A stretch of DNA of 64,000 nt from Paraspadella gotoi (lineage: Eukaryota > Animalia > Chaetognatha). How positions within the stretch are numbered: position 1 is the stretch's first letter; every line of letters begins with the position of its first letter. Shown here one piece after another: positions 12,201 to 24,900 of the stretch. The position numbers were made by a program, and so were the translations under genes. Below the pieces are notes generated by a model that was given only the letters and a program-made list of their open reading frames with translations, searched no databases and was not told where the DNA came from. The stretch spans positions 7,526,632 to 7,590,631 of the forward strand of contig CM119268.1 in NCBI GenBank assembly GCA_051294375.1, written 5' to 3'.

Positions 12201-13438
12201 CTTTTTTTTCCTGTTTAAATTGGGGCGAGCGATTATGCCTGGCGGGCGTTGGCTTTCATTAAATCAGAGTAATGGGTTTGGGCTTCGTCTTTTGCCAGAT
12301 CGGTTGGCCTTTCTTTCTTTTCTTAACTTACTTTCTTTCTTTCTTTTTTCCTTTCTTCCTTCCTTTCTTTCTTTCTTTCTTTCTTTTTATTTTACTAATT
12401 TTTTTTCTTTTCCATGTTCTTTCCTTCTTCAATTGTATTTTACAGTTTCTCGACAATAACAAGCTTCTTTCTCTTTTCTTTACGCCCACTCAGTCCGTCC
12501 TCCAATTCGTTCGTAGCAAGTTCCCCAAACAGCGGCATCCCGAGGTCGACCTCGGCCCGGTCCAACTTCCTCTGCCCCCGGAGCTGGTGGCGCCGGACCT
12601 CCTTCCCCTCTATCTCCCCGAAGGGGTGCAGGAAGATGTTATCGTTTCGGCTGTTGTGACGGCCGGACAACTCTTCCTGCAGATGCCCAATCACCGCACC
12701 TTTCCTAACCTCCCCCGTCTGGACGCCTGCATGCTGTCCTGCTACTCGCAGCACGGCGCCCCGCCGCTGCCATTGCCCACCAAGCCCGACATCATCTGCG
12801 CGGCGCCACAGTCGGGCGGCTGGTACCGCGCCGCCCTAGTCGAGCTGCTGCCGGCCGAGGATCCCTACGACGACGAAGTCGGTGGCCACGAATTCGACGC
12901 TACCATCCGCTACGTGGACTACGGCGGCTACTCGCAGATACCTATCTCGTCTCTGCGCCAGATCCGGTCGGACTTTGTCTCTCTTCCCTTCCAGGCCGTG
13001 GAGTGTTATTTGGCCAATGTGTGTCCTCCCGACAACTCCTACGTCTTTGCTCCCGAGGGCGCCTACTTCCTCGAGCGGCTCGTCAAGGGCTCGTCGCTGC
13101 GAGCGGAGGTCGTCACCTACGCCGAGGATGGCATCCCCTTCGTGAATTTGTACCGAATCGAGGGGGAAGAGCAGACGCTGATCAATTCGGAACTGGCCGA
13201 GGCAGGAGTCGTAAAGTGGATCGAAGACTTTCACGAATATTACACCGTATCGGAAGTGGAGGCTTTGGAAGCGCCTTCGGAAGGATTCGACGGATGGTTG
13301 GAATCCGCGACTGAGACGCAAGAAGTCGTCGAAGATCGATTCTCTGGGTCGACGACAATGGAGGCGACGGCCACGACCGAGATGGTAGAGGCGACGAGGA
13401 CGGCGACATCTGAAGGAGCTACGACGAGCGATCAGTGA
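9239..13438 (+). CDS. AKAP1: A-kinase anchor protein 1 (AKAP1/spoonbill-like): N-terminal mitochondrial membrane anchor, KH domain, Tudor domain
   Basis: N-terminal YITIVLPMIVGGIFLWYKRRK anchor. The KH domain is spliced across 11377/11819 (VVYEFEFPSELCGRLIGRGGKNLHFMMHETMTRI...VSVTGRQEDVQ). The final exon 12494-13438 encodes a Tudor domain (VIVSAVVTAGQLFLQ...GGWYRA...IRYVDYGGY...LRQIRSDFVSLPFQAVECYLANV). Internal exons at 10.9-11.2 kb were not fully resolved. Confidence 0.9.
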
Positions 13439-15402
13439 ATTGACACAAAATACTATATGCGCTCGTGCAAAAAACTCTTTATCCAAATTTTTTTGACGTA
13501 CATGTAGATATACCTTTTTTTTTTTCGTTTTTTAACGGGTTTTCATTAATTTGAATCGGAGCTATACAACCAATTATAATAATAATCCATTCAAAATTTG
13601 CTACGCGGTTAGTTAGAGTAGTTGAAAGAATTCTGACTCCTAATCGGAATTGCGCGCGTAGCAAATTTAAAGGAAATATCGAGCTTATTATTTCTTCATT
13701 ACAACTCAGCATATAGTCTCGTTTTCATTTTTTTTACCATACGTTTTGCCGTTCTTGATTGTTTAGAAGTTTATCCTTCAGCATATGTCGCGTGATTGTG
13801 TAGTTGGATGGTCGACCGATAGAACCATCAATTGTTTCCAGTTTTTACTCTGCAGTTATACTTTTTGGCCTGCTCATTTTATCATTATAAAGTTGTTTCC
13901 CATTAATAAATAAAAAAAATTAACCAATTAGACATATATAAATTGATCGGATGCGGAAAAAGACTTTGAACGCGTTTCACATTCCTCGTTGCTTTTTGGT
14001 TTTAAATGTTGTTTTTTTTTAATCGGCAACTTTCGGAAAAATAGCATTGACGTAAACAGCTTTTGGTTCTGATTTATCCCTGTTATTATCTTAAGTTGTT
14101 GATTCATTTCATTTACAATTCCATTGTGCAATCCGGAGGTTAGGTTCATAGTCTACATCCATTAATTGTCCCACCACCAGAAAAAAAAACATAAAAGCTA
14201 AACAAAAACAAAAAAATACAAAATTACCTGCTTTTTGGCAAATAAAAATTGAAAAAAGAGTGAAAAATTTCGTCCTTTGCCGTTGATGAATTTGTGAGAC
14301 TTTTTTGTTTGTTTTAATGGTTTTAGTTTGTTTATTTGTAAACATCGTGTAAATGATATGATTTTTCTAATAAAAAGTGTACATCGTAAGTTCAAAGCTT
14401 TAATGTAATTTAATAATTAATATTTTTTTAGGGTTCTGAAATCGTAGTTAGACTAAACGCTTTAATCAATTATAAATGTCGATTTTTTATATTAGTCTCG
14501 GTATTAATACTAATTGGTAGGAGAAGAGTTCTGCTTGAAAAATAACTTTAATTGCAGTCATAGTATTTTATTAAAGCATTCGATTACCAGAACGAAGTTA
14601 TCGGGGAAGAGCAAATAAAAGGAAACGGGGGGGGGGAAACGGAATAAAAAAGAAGGGAAAAGAAAAGGGGGGAAAGGTGTGGAAAGAGTAGCAAAAAAAG
14701 GTAGGCGATGAAAAATGGTTAGTGACGGCGTGAGAAGGGAGGAAAGATGGAGAGAAAAATAGAAAGACAAAAGAAAAGAGGTGAATATAAAGAATCAGGG
14801 GAAAAAATGTATATTAAAAAAATCAAAATGTGGCATCTCTCTTGAGAAGTTTTGTGTTAATAAAAGCCGCAAAAAATAATGAACTTGAATAAAAATATTT
14901 TTTTAAAAATTAGGATCGTTACTATCTCCTCTGGTTTCAGTTAAAATATTTTTATTACAAGGATTCCTCATAGTAAACAGTGATTCTCGGCGCGAAAAGG
15001 GCTTCGAACGTTAATCCCCATCAAATTTAGTGGCCGAGTTTTTCCGGTGTGGATATACTGTAGATAAGGAAGAGAGCTTCAAAAGCTGATCCCCATGAAA
15101 AATAGTAGAAGGTATTCCTCAGGGACAAGATAGCTTATTTATTAAATGAATGGATAATTTTTATATTGGTTCTACCAATTTCATACAGTTTTCGTGAACC
15201 CGTTCAAGCCCGTTCAAACTGCGCCATTTTGGACGGTGTAAAACGTTAATCGGTGACATAGTTACTAGTATCATATTTTATTATATTTTAAATGAATGGA
15301 TAATTTTTATATTGGTTGTACCAATTTCATAGTATCAAATTCAGCTCCTTGTATTTTGATGCTAGTTCGGAGTACAACATTCCCCGATCTAATACTTAAG
15401 GG

Positions 15403-15636
15403 AGTAGTCTTTTCATACAATTGAAACATTCTTTGAAATATTACACCACTTCATTGATAGGGAAGCCAGGTACTCTGGGAGTGAATAAATAAGACAGTCT
15501 TAATTGAAAGCTTGCTATGTCATTATCTTGTAAGAGTGATGAAGGCCTTAAACCAAAGCCTGTCCAAAGTCAGGGACAAGGTAGCTTATTTATTAAATGA
15601 ATGGATAATTTTTATATTGGTTGTACCAATTTCATA
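15403..15636 (+). mobile_element. Dispersed ~240 bp repeat family (SINE/MITE-like)
   Basis: A similar copy lies at 17234-17487. 3'-end fragments (aaatgaatggataatttttatattggttgtaccaatttcata) lie at ~15121-15185 and ~15288-15331, and a reverse-complement copy at ~37020-37130. Confidence 0.75.
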
Positions 15637-15989
15637 AAATTTTTATGACAACTGCTGTCTTTTTTCTTTACATATTTTTTTCAAACATAAGCCACTACAT
15701 TCCGTAAGCTCTCACATTCTCTTTTGATTTGAATTAGACTGATGGTAATTCCCGCTCAGTACTACTGACACTAGCGATCGATATGCACAGTAGGGTGGAG
15801 CGATGAAAAGATTAAATGATTCAACATTATTAGAGCCAAACTTCGTCAATGGGGTGGGTCATAAGTTTGATTTGGGAACCTTTCTAAATGAAACTTCATA
15901 CATTTCTGAGAAAACTTTCAATGGAGCAAAATTTTCTAAAATGGCAAGAAGCATTAGTAATTAATTTTTTAATATTTTTTTATAGATAG

Positions 15990-16290
15990 GAAATATCAAA
16001 AATTTTTTTGGAATTTTTTATTTTTAAAAACAGATTCAAATAGTTTATGAAAAGTTATTTACGCAAAGTATAATTCTTTTTTCAATATTTTGATGATAAG
16101 TGGGTTAAAATTGAGAAAAACCTTAAAAAATCATCATCATCATCATCATCCGATGATTTTAACAATTTTACTAATTTTTAGTAATAAAACATCAAAATCT
16201 TAAAAAGTTGTAATTATATTTTTTGCTTAACTTTTTAAGCTCTATCAGAATCAATTAAAAAAACTTAAAATATCTAAAAAAAATTATATA
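15990..16290 (+). mobile_element. AT-rich dispersed repeat containing (ATC)n; inverted copy at ~58770-59060
   Basis: ggttaaaa...ttaaaaaatcatcatcatcatc...aagctctatcagaatc here matches the reverse complement of gattctgatagagcttt...gatgatgatgatttttaaag...tttttaacc at 58.8-58.95 kb. Confidence 0.6.
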
Positions 16291-17233
16291 GTAATATAAT
16301 AATATTAATTAGCGAATTACTCATGGTTCGGAACATTTTTGCAAAAAAATATTTTAACACAATAATTAATACCAATAATGGATTAGTTTAATGCTGTTCC
16401 CATTAAAATTTGAATTTGGTCGGCTACTGCTAATATTTTTTTTTTATACTTTTGTACATATAATTAACCAATTTTAAATTAATTTTACTTTCACCAACTG
16501 GTATTAAAAAAGGTTTAAAGGTAGTTTAGGGTTTAAGGTTTAAGGTTAAAATAATTAAATAATAATTTTATAAAATTTTTTTAAAAAATAAATATTTTTA
16601 AATAGTTTTTTAAAAAACGCTTAATCACTGGTCGAAAAAATAAAATTTTATCAAAATTTTAAAACCGTTAAATTTTTTTTTATATAATAATATATTAAAT
16701 TGTATTATTTATATAATAATATCTTTATAAAATTATTAACGAAAAACAAAAAGTTTTATTAAGTAATACAATTTTTTTATTTAATAGCTTATATAATAAT
16801 TATTATTATAAAAAATAAAGTTTAACATATTTACCTTTTCTTATTTTTATTAATAATTTTTAATAATATATTTTATATTTTTAATTAAACTTTTTATAAA
16901 AAATTTAAATTTAATAAAAAATCTTTAAAAAATTTTTAAATTTTATTTTATAAGGATATTACTATGAATATATTGTATTTTACTATTCTATTCCTTAAAC
17001 AATTTGAATGAAATAATTTTTTTACTTGTTAATCATACTTTCTTACATCTAATTATCCTTATTTGATCATTTAAATATTTTTTTTGTTCTTTAGAGCTCC
17101 ACTCTAATGAACAGTTTGTCGAAACCAATTGGATAACTCTTAAACGCTTTATATCAAGCGACTGTTTGTGAAGGTCGCTGGCTCTACGCCCAATCTCCAA
17201 CCTTAATGTTATTAAGACCAATAAAAATTGATA

Positions 17234-17487
17234 GTATAGTCTTTATACAATTGGGACATTCTTTGAGATATTATACCACTTCATTGATAGAGAGGCCAGG
17301 TACTCTGGGAGTGAATAAACGAGACTGTGAGAGAGTCTTGATTGAAACCTTGCAGGGACCTGCTGTGTCATTGTCTTGTAAGAGTGATGGAGGCCTTAAA
17401 CCACCAAGGCCTGTCCAAAGTCGGGGGCAAGATGGCTTGTTTGTTAAGTGAATGGATAATTTTTATATTGGTTGTGCCAAATTCATA
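17234..17487 (+). mobile_element. Second full copy of the ~240 bp dispersed repeat
   Basis: Colinear with 15403-15636 (accacttcattgatag...gccaggtactctgggagtgaataaa...cttgtaagagtgat...gcctgtccaaagtc). Confidence 0.75.
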
Positions 17488-17807
17488 AACACGTATGAAA
17501 TATCTCCATCATAGCTGGCAAGAATAAACTAATGTAGTACATTTCTGGCTCTCTAGATTTCGTTAGCGCAAACAAAAGACAACATAGAGCGTCGAAAATT
17601 TTTGTGTATTTAGCAATAATAGATTGTCTTCGAATTTGCTTTTCTTATACCAGAATTTAACACTATGAAATCACCAATATAGTTCTAAGTTAAAATAAGT
17701 TATTAACTGAGAGTAACATTAAGACTAAAAAAATATTTATTCCTTTCGGATGTCGGATAAGATATGACGGTCTAAAGTACGAGACCTGGGGAAATCATTA
17801 TTTAATA

Positions 17808-17838
<31 letters not shown>

Positions 17839-20800
17839 TAATCTGGCTATCTTTTACTTTCGCCGACCGGGATTTTGCGGTCGGTGATTTGTTTTTCGCT
17901 TCTTATGAGCGACGTATAAAAATCTTTTTGTACAAATATAAAAAAAATAACATTGGTAAGGGTAGAAAAACTTTTTTATTATAAATTTTATTTCGAAAAC
18001 TATATTGGATAAAAATAAGAAATAACCAGCCTAAATCCCTAATTGCCGCTATCCGTTTAAAAATATAACACAGAAATAGCAAAATAAATTCAAAATAAAT
18101 TCAAAATAATTATTCAAACTTGAAAATTTTATTTTTTTTACCAATTACGAAGAACGTATGAAAAATATAATAAAGAAATATCTTTTTTTTCATTAACGAA
18201 AGGAAGAAAGGAAAAACAAAAATATATTACTGCGCAAAAAAAGTGTGTTTTCCTGCGAAAACTGAGACTTGATGCAAGAGGGAAAACAAAAGTCAATGGA
18301 TTAACAAAGGACCGACCGTAGGGCGTAGGTAGCTAAGGTCGCTTGCGGACGTCGCATAGTAAAGTAACCCGTTTTATCTTTAATGGCCGATATACGCGTA
18401 CAATACCGTAATTTCCATTCATTAGCCAAATGTACGATAAAGTTTAAATTTTACTTATTATTAATCTTACGATAAACCGACAATCGAGTTATTTTTGAGA
18501 CGCTAAATCCAACCATCGATTTAATAGCTCGGTGCATAGCTAATAATAACAGCAAATACTTTCCCTTTTCGTGCTACAGTGTTAATGAGAAAAGGTTAAC
18601 TTCGAATAATTCTTAAACGGGCAAGTCGTATTAACTTACATAATCCCAGTCGATTAAACTGAATCTTTTAAAAAAGGACTTAAAAACCTAAACTTCACGC
18701 CCCCTTCGCCCCCCTCCCAAGTACCTGGTCGCAAAATGAGCCGAGCGTCCTCGATTGTACCATGAATGTCTCTCTCACTTTAATCCCTGAAAGGGAAAGC
18801 GACGTCGGTTGTCACCAAAGGCTAAAAAGCGCGTCACGCATGGAGTCACGTGAGTTGCGTGGCTTTTCTCACGCGAAACAATAAATAAAAGAATGAGGAA
18901 CTGCACCACTTCTTGAATGGATTGAAAAGAAGCAAAGTGAATGGGTAAAAGTTGTAGCCGAGATATTTTCTCTTTCTCCTGCACTTTTTTTAAAATCTCC
19001 TCCCGATTGTACTCTTCCATTCTTTTGTGTCGATGGGTACAAAATAGGGGAGATGGCCTCGTTGTGGCAAGGAGAGGAAAGGCGCTAGGGGGGAAATCTG
19101 GTGAGTGGTGAGAGTGAACGGCAGAAAATAACCCTAAAGCGACTCGAAATTAGGGGGAGCAACTCAAGGTTTTGTGGGGGTTAAATAACGAGGTCGCTCC
19201 GAGAGTGTGTCAGAGAGAGAGAGAGAAATTTTTTTATGACATTGACCGAAAAAAAAAGATTTTATCAGTTATTTTTATTTGAGTATCGTCTGAGAAATTT
19301 CTGTTGGATTTTTGTTTCCAACTATTTAGATCCGAGTATTAATCAGTCTAGCTTTTATCGTTTCGTCCTATAGCTCGTTTAAATAAAGGAATGTAAAACA
19401 ATTGTAATTCGTAAATTGAATTTTACTAGAGCCAATTTGCACGACTTTAGAATATTTATACCATAAAAAACGACGATATCAATGATAATATGAAAAATAG
19501 TTTTTTTTTTCCTGGGAATGATATCCTGCTACCCATCACAGGTTTGCGACACGTTTGAGGTCTGTTTCCCAGATTGACAGAAAAAGAGAAAAAAATAGAG
19601 AGAGAGAGAGAAAAAAGAGAGAGAGAGAGAGAGATTAGAAAAGAATAACACGAGAAATAAAAAAGTTAAAAGATAAGAAAGAGATTCATCCAAAATTTCA
19701 GGTTTTGTTCGCTTCGACCACATATCCCTAATATTTGCAAAGGTACAAAGTTTTAAAAACTTACCTAAGGGCAACCAGACGACAAATGTGTGCAGCATCA
19801 TCATCATCATCCCGCCCAGAAAAAAGGGGGAAAATCTGCCGAATATGTTTTCTTTTATATTAGTACGTGATAATTCAATTTGACTTCGTGAAATAATGAA
19901 ACTGTACAATAATGTGCACAAACATGTATGAGATGAAGTCTTTGATCAGAAAATTTTAAGTTCATTTTTACGCGGTTTCGTCACTCAGCAATGGTTATAA
20001 ATTAGTTTTCGCGAGAGCGATTTTACATTATAATCTGAGCGTTACGATAATTACTTCAGAGTTTTAAATTTTTTTTTAACGAGATTATAAAAAAAATCAT
20101 TACACGATTACAAATCGTAGTCAATAAATTTTGATCGTTAAAATTAAAAAGATATATCCGAATAGTTACTACATCAACGGAAAAGATAAAACATTCGATT
20201 ATACGATTCGATCCTATAAATTTGACTTTAGATTTCTGATTGTTTGTTTAGAGGCAGACGAATTAAAAACATAACAAAATGAAGAGGGTCGGGCGGGGCA
20301 TGCATCAAAATTCTAGAAAAAAAAAGAAAATGTAGAATTCTGGAAGGGTGTAATTCTAAAGAATTTTTTAAGAATGTTAATTGTACATACTTGAATGCTT
20401 GCGGGTATAAATGATAGAACAATTTGGAATTTTAGAAAGTTCATCTGGTTAGGTGGGGGAGGGAAAGTGTCGAAAAAAATAATGCAAATCCAGAAATCCG
20501 CTTGAATGTTAAGTAAAAAAAAACGACTAATGTCGTAGCTAATACAAAGTTGAATTCGTGACAAAATGGATATCTATTTTCTACTGTTGAGGTAACGCTT
20601 TTTTCATACGATAAGAAAACTGAAAAAAAAATCAAGCAAAATTTACCCGGGTCGTATTTTATTTTAAAACTTTCCGGAAGCCCGTATCTGGAAAATCGAC
20701 AGCGAGACAACTGGAAAAAAATTGTTTTGATATTTCGTCTCGTTTTTTATAACAAACAAAATAGCAAGTTATAAAAAAAACACGGTAGACTAAAGAATAT

Positions 20801-21924
20801 TTTTCCTTTTGCATAATAAAACCTAAATTCTCGTATTCGTCTCAGTGAGAATAAAAATGACTGATGCAACTGAGAAGAACCGAGGATATCTGGGTCACGA
20901 TAATTAAGATTATGTCGTTAAAGGGCTTTATTATCTTTCAGTGATTTCAAGCGTAGCTTTTTTTTTCTCTAAGTAAACTATCATGACTACGGTACATGAA
21001 TTTAACAAAAATATTTTTGTTAAATCACCAACATTAACAAAATTGCACGGGACAAAAAAAGTGGGCATAAGGAATAATAGTACCTAAAACCGATAACAAA
21101 ATATAAAAGTTTCGGATGCAATATAGAGTGCCAATGCTTTTATTAATGTTAATGTTATACGTATTTTGTTACGTATTATATCTCTTATCTTAACCATTTT
21201 GATTATAAATTTTGAAAACAAAAATCTGGATAGAATACGAACGAATGCAGAATACCAAAAAGGACTAAAATGTTACTATAAATGGCTACGACCAATTGAT
21301 TCAGCAAGAAATCTCCTAAATCGTTTTCAAAAAAAAATTTACAAAAAAAAAACGCTATATAAATTAGGTGCCTAAACACATTTCTGGAAACCCTTATTTG
21401 ACGCGTTAAATTCGACAGACTTGACTTACGGCATATATCATCTCCCTTGTATAGTTATTCGTAGTTGAGAAAATGAAACCGGTAAAATAAAATTAATTAA
21501 AGATTCATGAAAGATTATAAATCAAACCTTTCAATTAATAGCTAAAAAAAAAAAAAAAATTGGTTTCGTATAATTGTTATCCATTCTACGGTATGAAGTT
21601 AAATTTTAAGGTGAAGTAACCAATTTCAATTTCTCGCTACTTAAATTTAAAGTACGTTCCATAAATAGTAATTGCATCGCGAATAAAGAAGTAAAGTGAC
21701 ACCATTACGCAACGTCTTTGTCGGCGTTGGCAATTTTAAGGTGGGGGGGGGGGTAAAAGGCGAAGTTCAGGTGGATACAAGACGATGTAAAACAAGCGAA
21801 GTCTCTGTCTTCAATTTTTTTTTTCGCCACTCCAGTTTGGCGCCTCGCCTCGCGAAAGATTGGCGCGATCGATAAAACGATGACAACGAAATCATCTTCG
21901 ATAACGCGCTCCTTATTATATTTT

Positions 21925-24900
21925 TCAGTCCGTCATGGCGGCCGTGTGTATGGCCGTCGGGGAAACGGCGGGTGGAGGGTTGGCTCCGGCGTCCTCGATC
22001 TCCATCGTGCCGATATTTACGGCCGTGGCGTCGATGGCATCGAAGCGACGAAACGGCAGCGCCGACGACCCACTTCCGGTCTCCTTGGGAGCAGAAGCCG
22101 TTGCGCGGGCCTTGGCCTTACGCTGTTCTCGCTTCCGCTTTCGCTCTTCCAGCGCTAACTGCAAAAGCGCCATTTTGGACTTGGTCCTGAAGTTCTCCTG
22201 CGACGTCTGCTGCATGAGCGCCAATTGCTGTGGCGTTGCTGGAGTAGCGGCTGCCGCTGCCGCCTGCCTTGCCGCCTCTCGTTCTCGGCGCGCCAACTCG
22301 CGAGCTTCCCGAGAGTGGCGGTGGTGACGATGATGACGACGATGCGAGGACGACGACGACGACGAGGCGTGGAGGTGCTGTGAAAGGGAGACGGCGGAGG
22401 TGGAGGAGGTGATGCTGTGAACGCGACCGTAGGGGCAATGGCCGACTGTGGCCGAAGCGATGGAGCTGAACTGCGGAGAGGCTTTGAGCAGATCGTTAAG
22501 AATGTGAACGATGGTGTTAATCGAGCGTTTGGGGCGCCCGTCCTTGTCCTGAAGGTCCGGACGAAGTCGGCCTGGAAAAGAAAAATTTAATTATTTACTT
22601 AATTTCAGACACTAATCATTAAGTAATCAATATCGGCACATTTCGGATGAAATGAATAATTTTCGTGAACCTACCTGAAAAGGTTCCGCTGAAGATTCCC
22701 CTTCCGTGGCTGTGCATGCTCTCGATGATAGCGCCGTCGCGTGACTTTCCGTCTTCGCGGTGACGATGACGATGATGTCGGCTTCGCTCCTTGTGGTGAT
22801 GGTGGTGGCCGTGATGGTGGGCTTGTTGGCTAAAAAGTATTAAAGATTTGTTAACATTGTGGTATAATCCTTTCTTTTCGTTGTGTAATAATTATTAGAA
22901 AAGTTTGAAATGAATTTTCAACAACGATTTTATTTGATAAAAACGGACATGTTTCGGCTTAACTACAAGCCTTCATCAGCATTAAAAAAGTTAGTGAATT
23001 TGAAACATGTCCGTTTTTATCAAATAAAATCGTTGTTGAAAATTCATTTCAAACTTTTCTAATAAGATTTGTTAACAAAAAGAATAGAACAGCTCATTGA
23101 GGCTAAATTTAAATTTTATTACAATCAGTTAAGTAATTAAAAAGATGATTTTTTATACTTAAATATTATTAAACAAAAGAAAATCAATTTTTATCAAAAA
23201 ACATCAGAATCATAAACCTGTCTTACTTTATATATTTCAAAAACCTCAAAATAATTATTTATCCAGTATATATTTTTTATATTTTTAATCTACTATAAGG
23301 TATCATTATAAAATATGCAAAGTATTAAAATAAAAAAATAATTTTAAATATATTAGATTACATTCAGCTTTATAATAAAGTACTTCATTTTCAAAAATTA
23401 CAGCTCTTAAATGGATAGCCTAATTTTAATAAAATTTATACCAAACTAATTATTTTTCGATAAACTTTAATTAATTTTAAAATTTTATTTAAAAATTAAA
23501 ATATAAAAAGTAATTTTAAAATTTGCTCATGACTACACTTCTCGCGTCAATAATCACTTTGGAAGACAAGTACCTAGGCAACTGGTTGGAAGACGTAGTG
23601 GTCGTCGCGCTGTTTGCTCCACTGACGAAGGCGGCCTGACTGACGGCGTGCTCCGTCCGCGGCGGAATCGACTGACTGGAAAACTGGGCATTTGACGGCG
23701 TGGCCGGCAGCCCAGCCGCAACCGTCGACTGCGCCTGCGCAGGATCCTGCTGCGACGATTTCGAATAACATTGCGTATAGTCCGACGCCGTAACTTTGGG
23801 CGTCTCGAGAGATGCAGCCGACGAGTCCGCAGGAGCATCTCTCGCCGGCGTTTCCATGGTTCTTCGCCTCTTATCTCGCGCGCTGCGAGCCGCTTCAGGA
23901 GAAGCGAATTCGGTGACTACCTCCACCAAAGGCGCGTGGCGCCGCTGTTGAATCCGCTCGACGACGTCTCGAACAGATCGTGAGGAGGAAGAGGCTGCGG
24001 CGTCGCCGGGCGTCGTCTCCCCATTACCTTGGTCGCCATGGTGATGACGTCGACCCTTGAAAGCTCCCGACGATGTACGCTTAAAGGCGTGATGATGATG
24101 ATGGTGGTGGTGATGGTGATGTTGGGAATGATGCTGAGACGACGACGAACTTGAAGAAGGGTCTGCGAAGCAAGATTGGTGGAAGAATTGCGAGGGGAGG
24201 AAGACTGGAGGAATGACCCCCGAGGATCTGCGAGAGGTTGAACCGGTGGAGGAAGAAGTAGAAGAGGTTGTGGCGGAGGACGTGGAGGAGGATGTGGCGG
24301 AGGATGTGGTGGAGGAAGATGTGGCGGACGAATTTGGAAGGTTTTTGACTGTGGAAGTGGACCACGCATAATGACTGTAAGGGATCGTAAAGTAGTGAGG
24401 AAAGAGGAAGGGATGCGGTGGGTAGTGGTGGTGAGGTTGAGAGTGGTGAGTCTGACCCGTAGACGGCACGACCGGCTGCGGGTGATAAAGCGTCTCTGGA
24501 TTCGACTTGACCGTCGCGGACTCTGTTGGGGATAAGTTGGATTCACCGGAGGAGGAGGGTTTGACCGAAGGGGCCGATGAGAGCGGTGACTCGGTAGAGG
24601 AAGACGAAGACGAGCAATGAAGCGCTTCGACAGAGTCCGGCGTCGGAGAATTAGGTTGGGAAGAGGAGGACGATGAGGAAGGCGCGGCCGCTGCGGCGAC
24701 GTCGGAGGCGGGAGGGGGAATGGTGAACGCTGGATGGTAAATGTGTTGCAAGGAGGAAATCGGGTGAATGGGAAAGTACTGCAGCTGAGGATGAGACGAA
24801 GAGGAAGATGAAGAGTTAGTAAGAGTCGATTGCGGCGGGGGTGCAAAAAAGAAGGGATTTCTTTGAGTCTGGATCGGGATTGAAGAGAAGTCGGAGAGAG

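Noticed and set aside
17033-17451. Short ORFs that might be transposon protein remnants
   Set aside because: No recognisable transposase/RT/endonuclease motif; they overlap a non-coding dispersed repeat.
14500-21800. Possible gene in the 7-kb interval between AKAP1 and midnolin (GC-richer patch and E-box at 18.3-19.2 kb; possible minus-strand mini-exon at ~18725-18763)
   Set aside because: I could not assemble a coherent multi-exon ORF or a recognisable protein. It may be UTR, lncRNA or repeats, and RNA-seq is needed.
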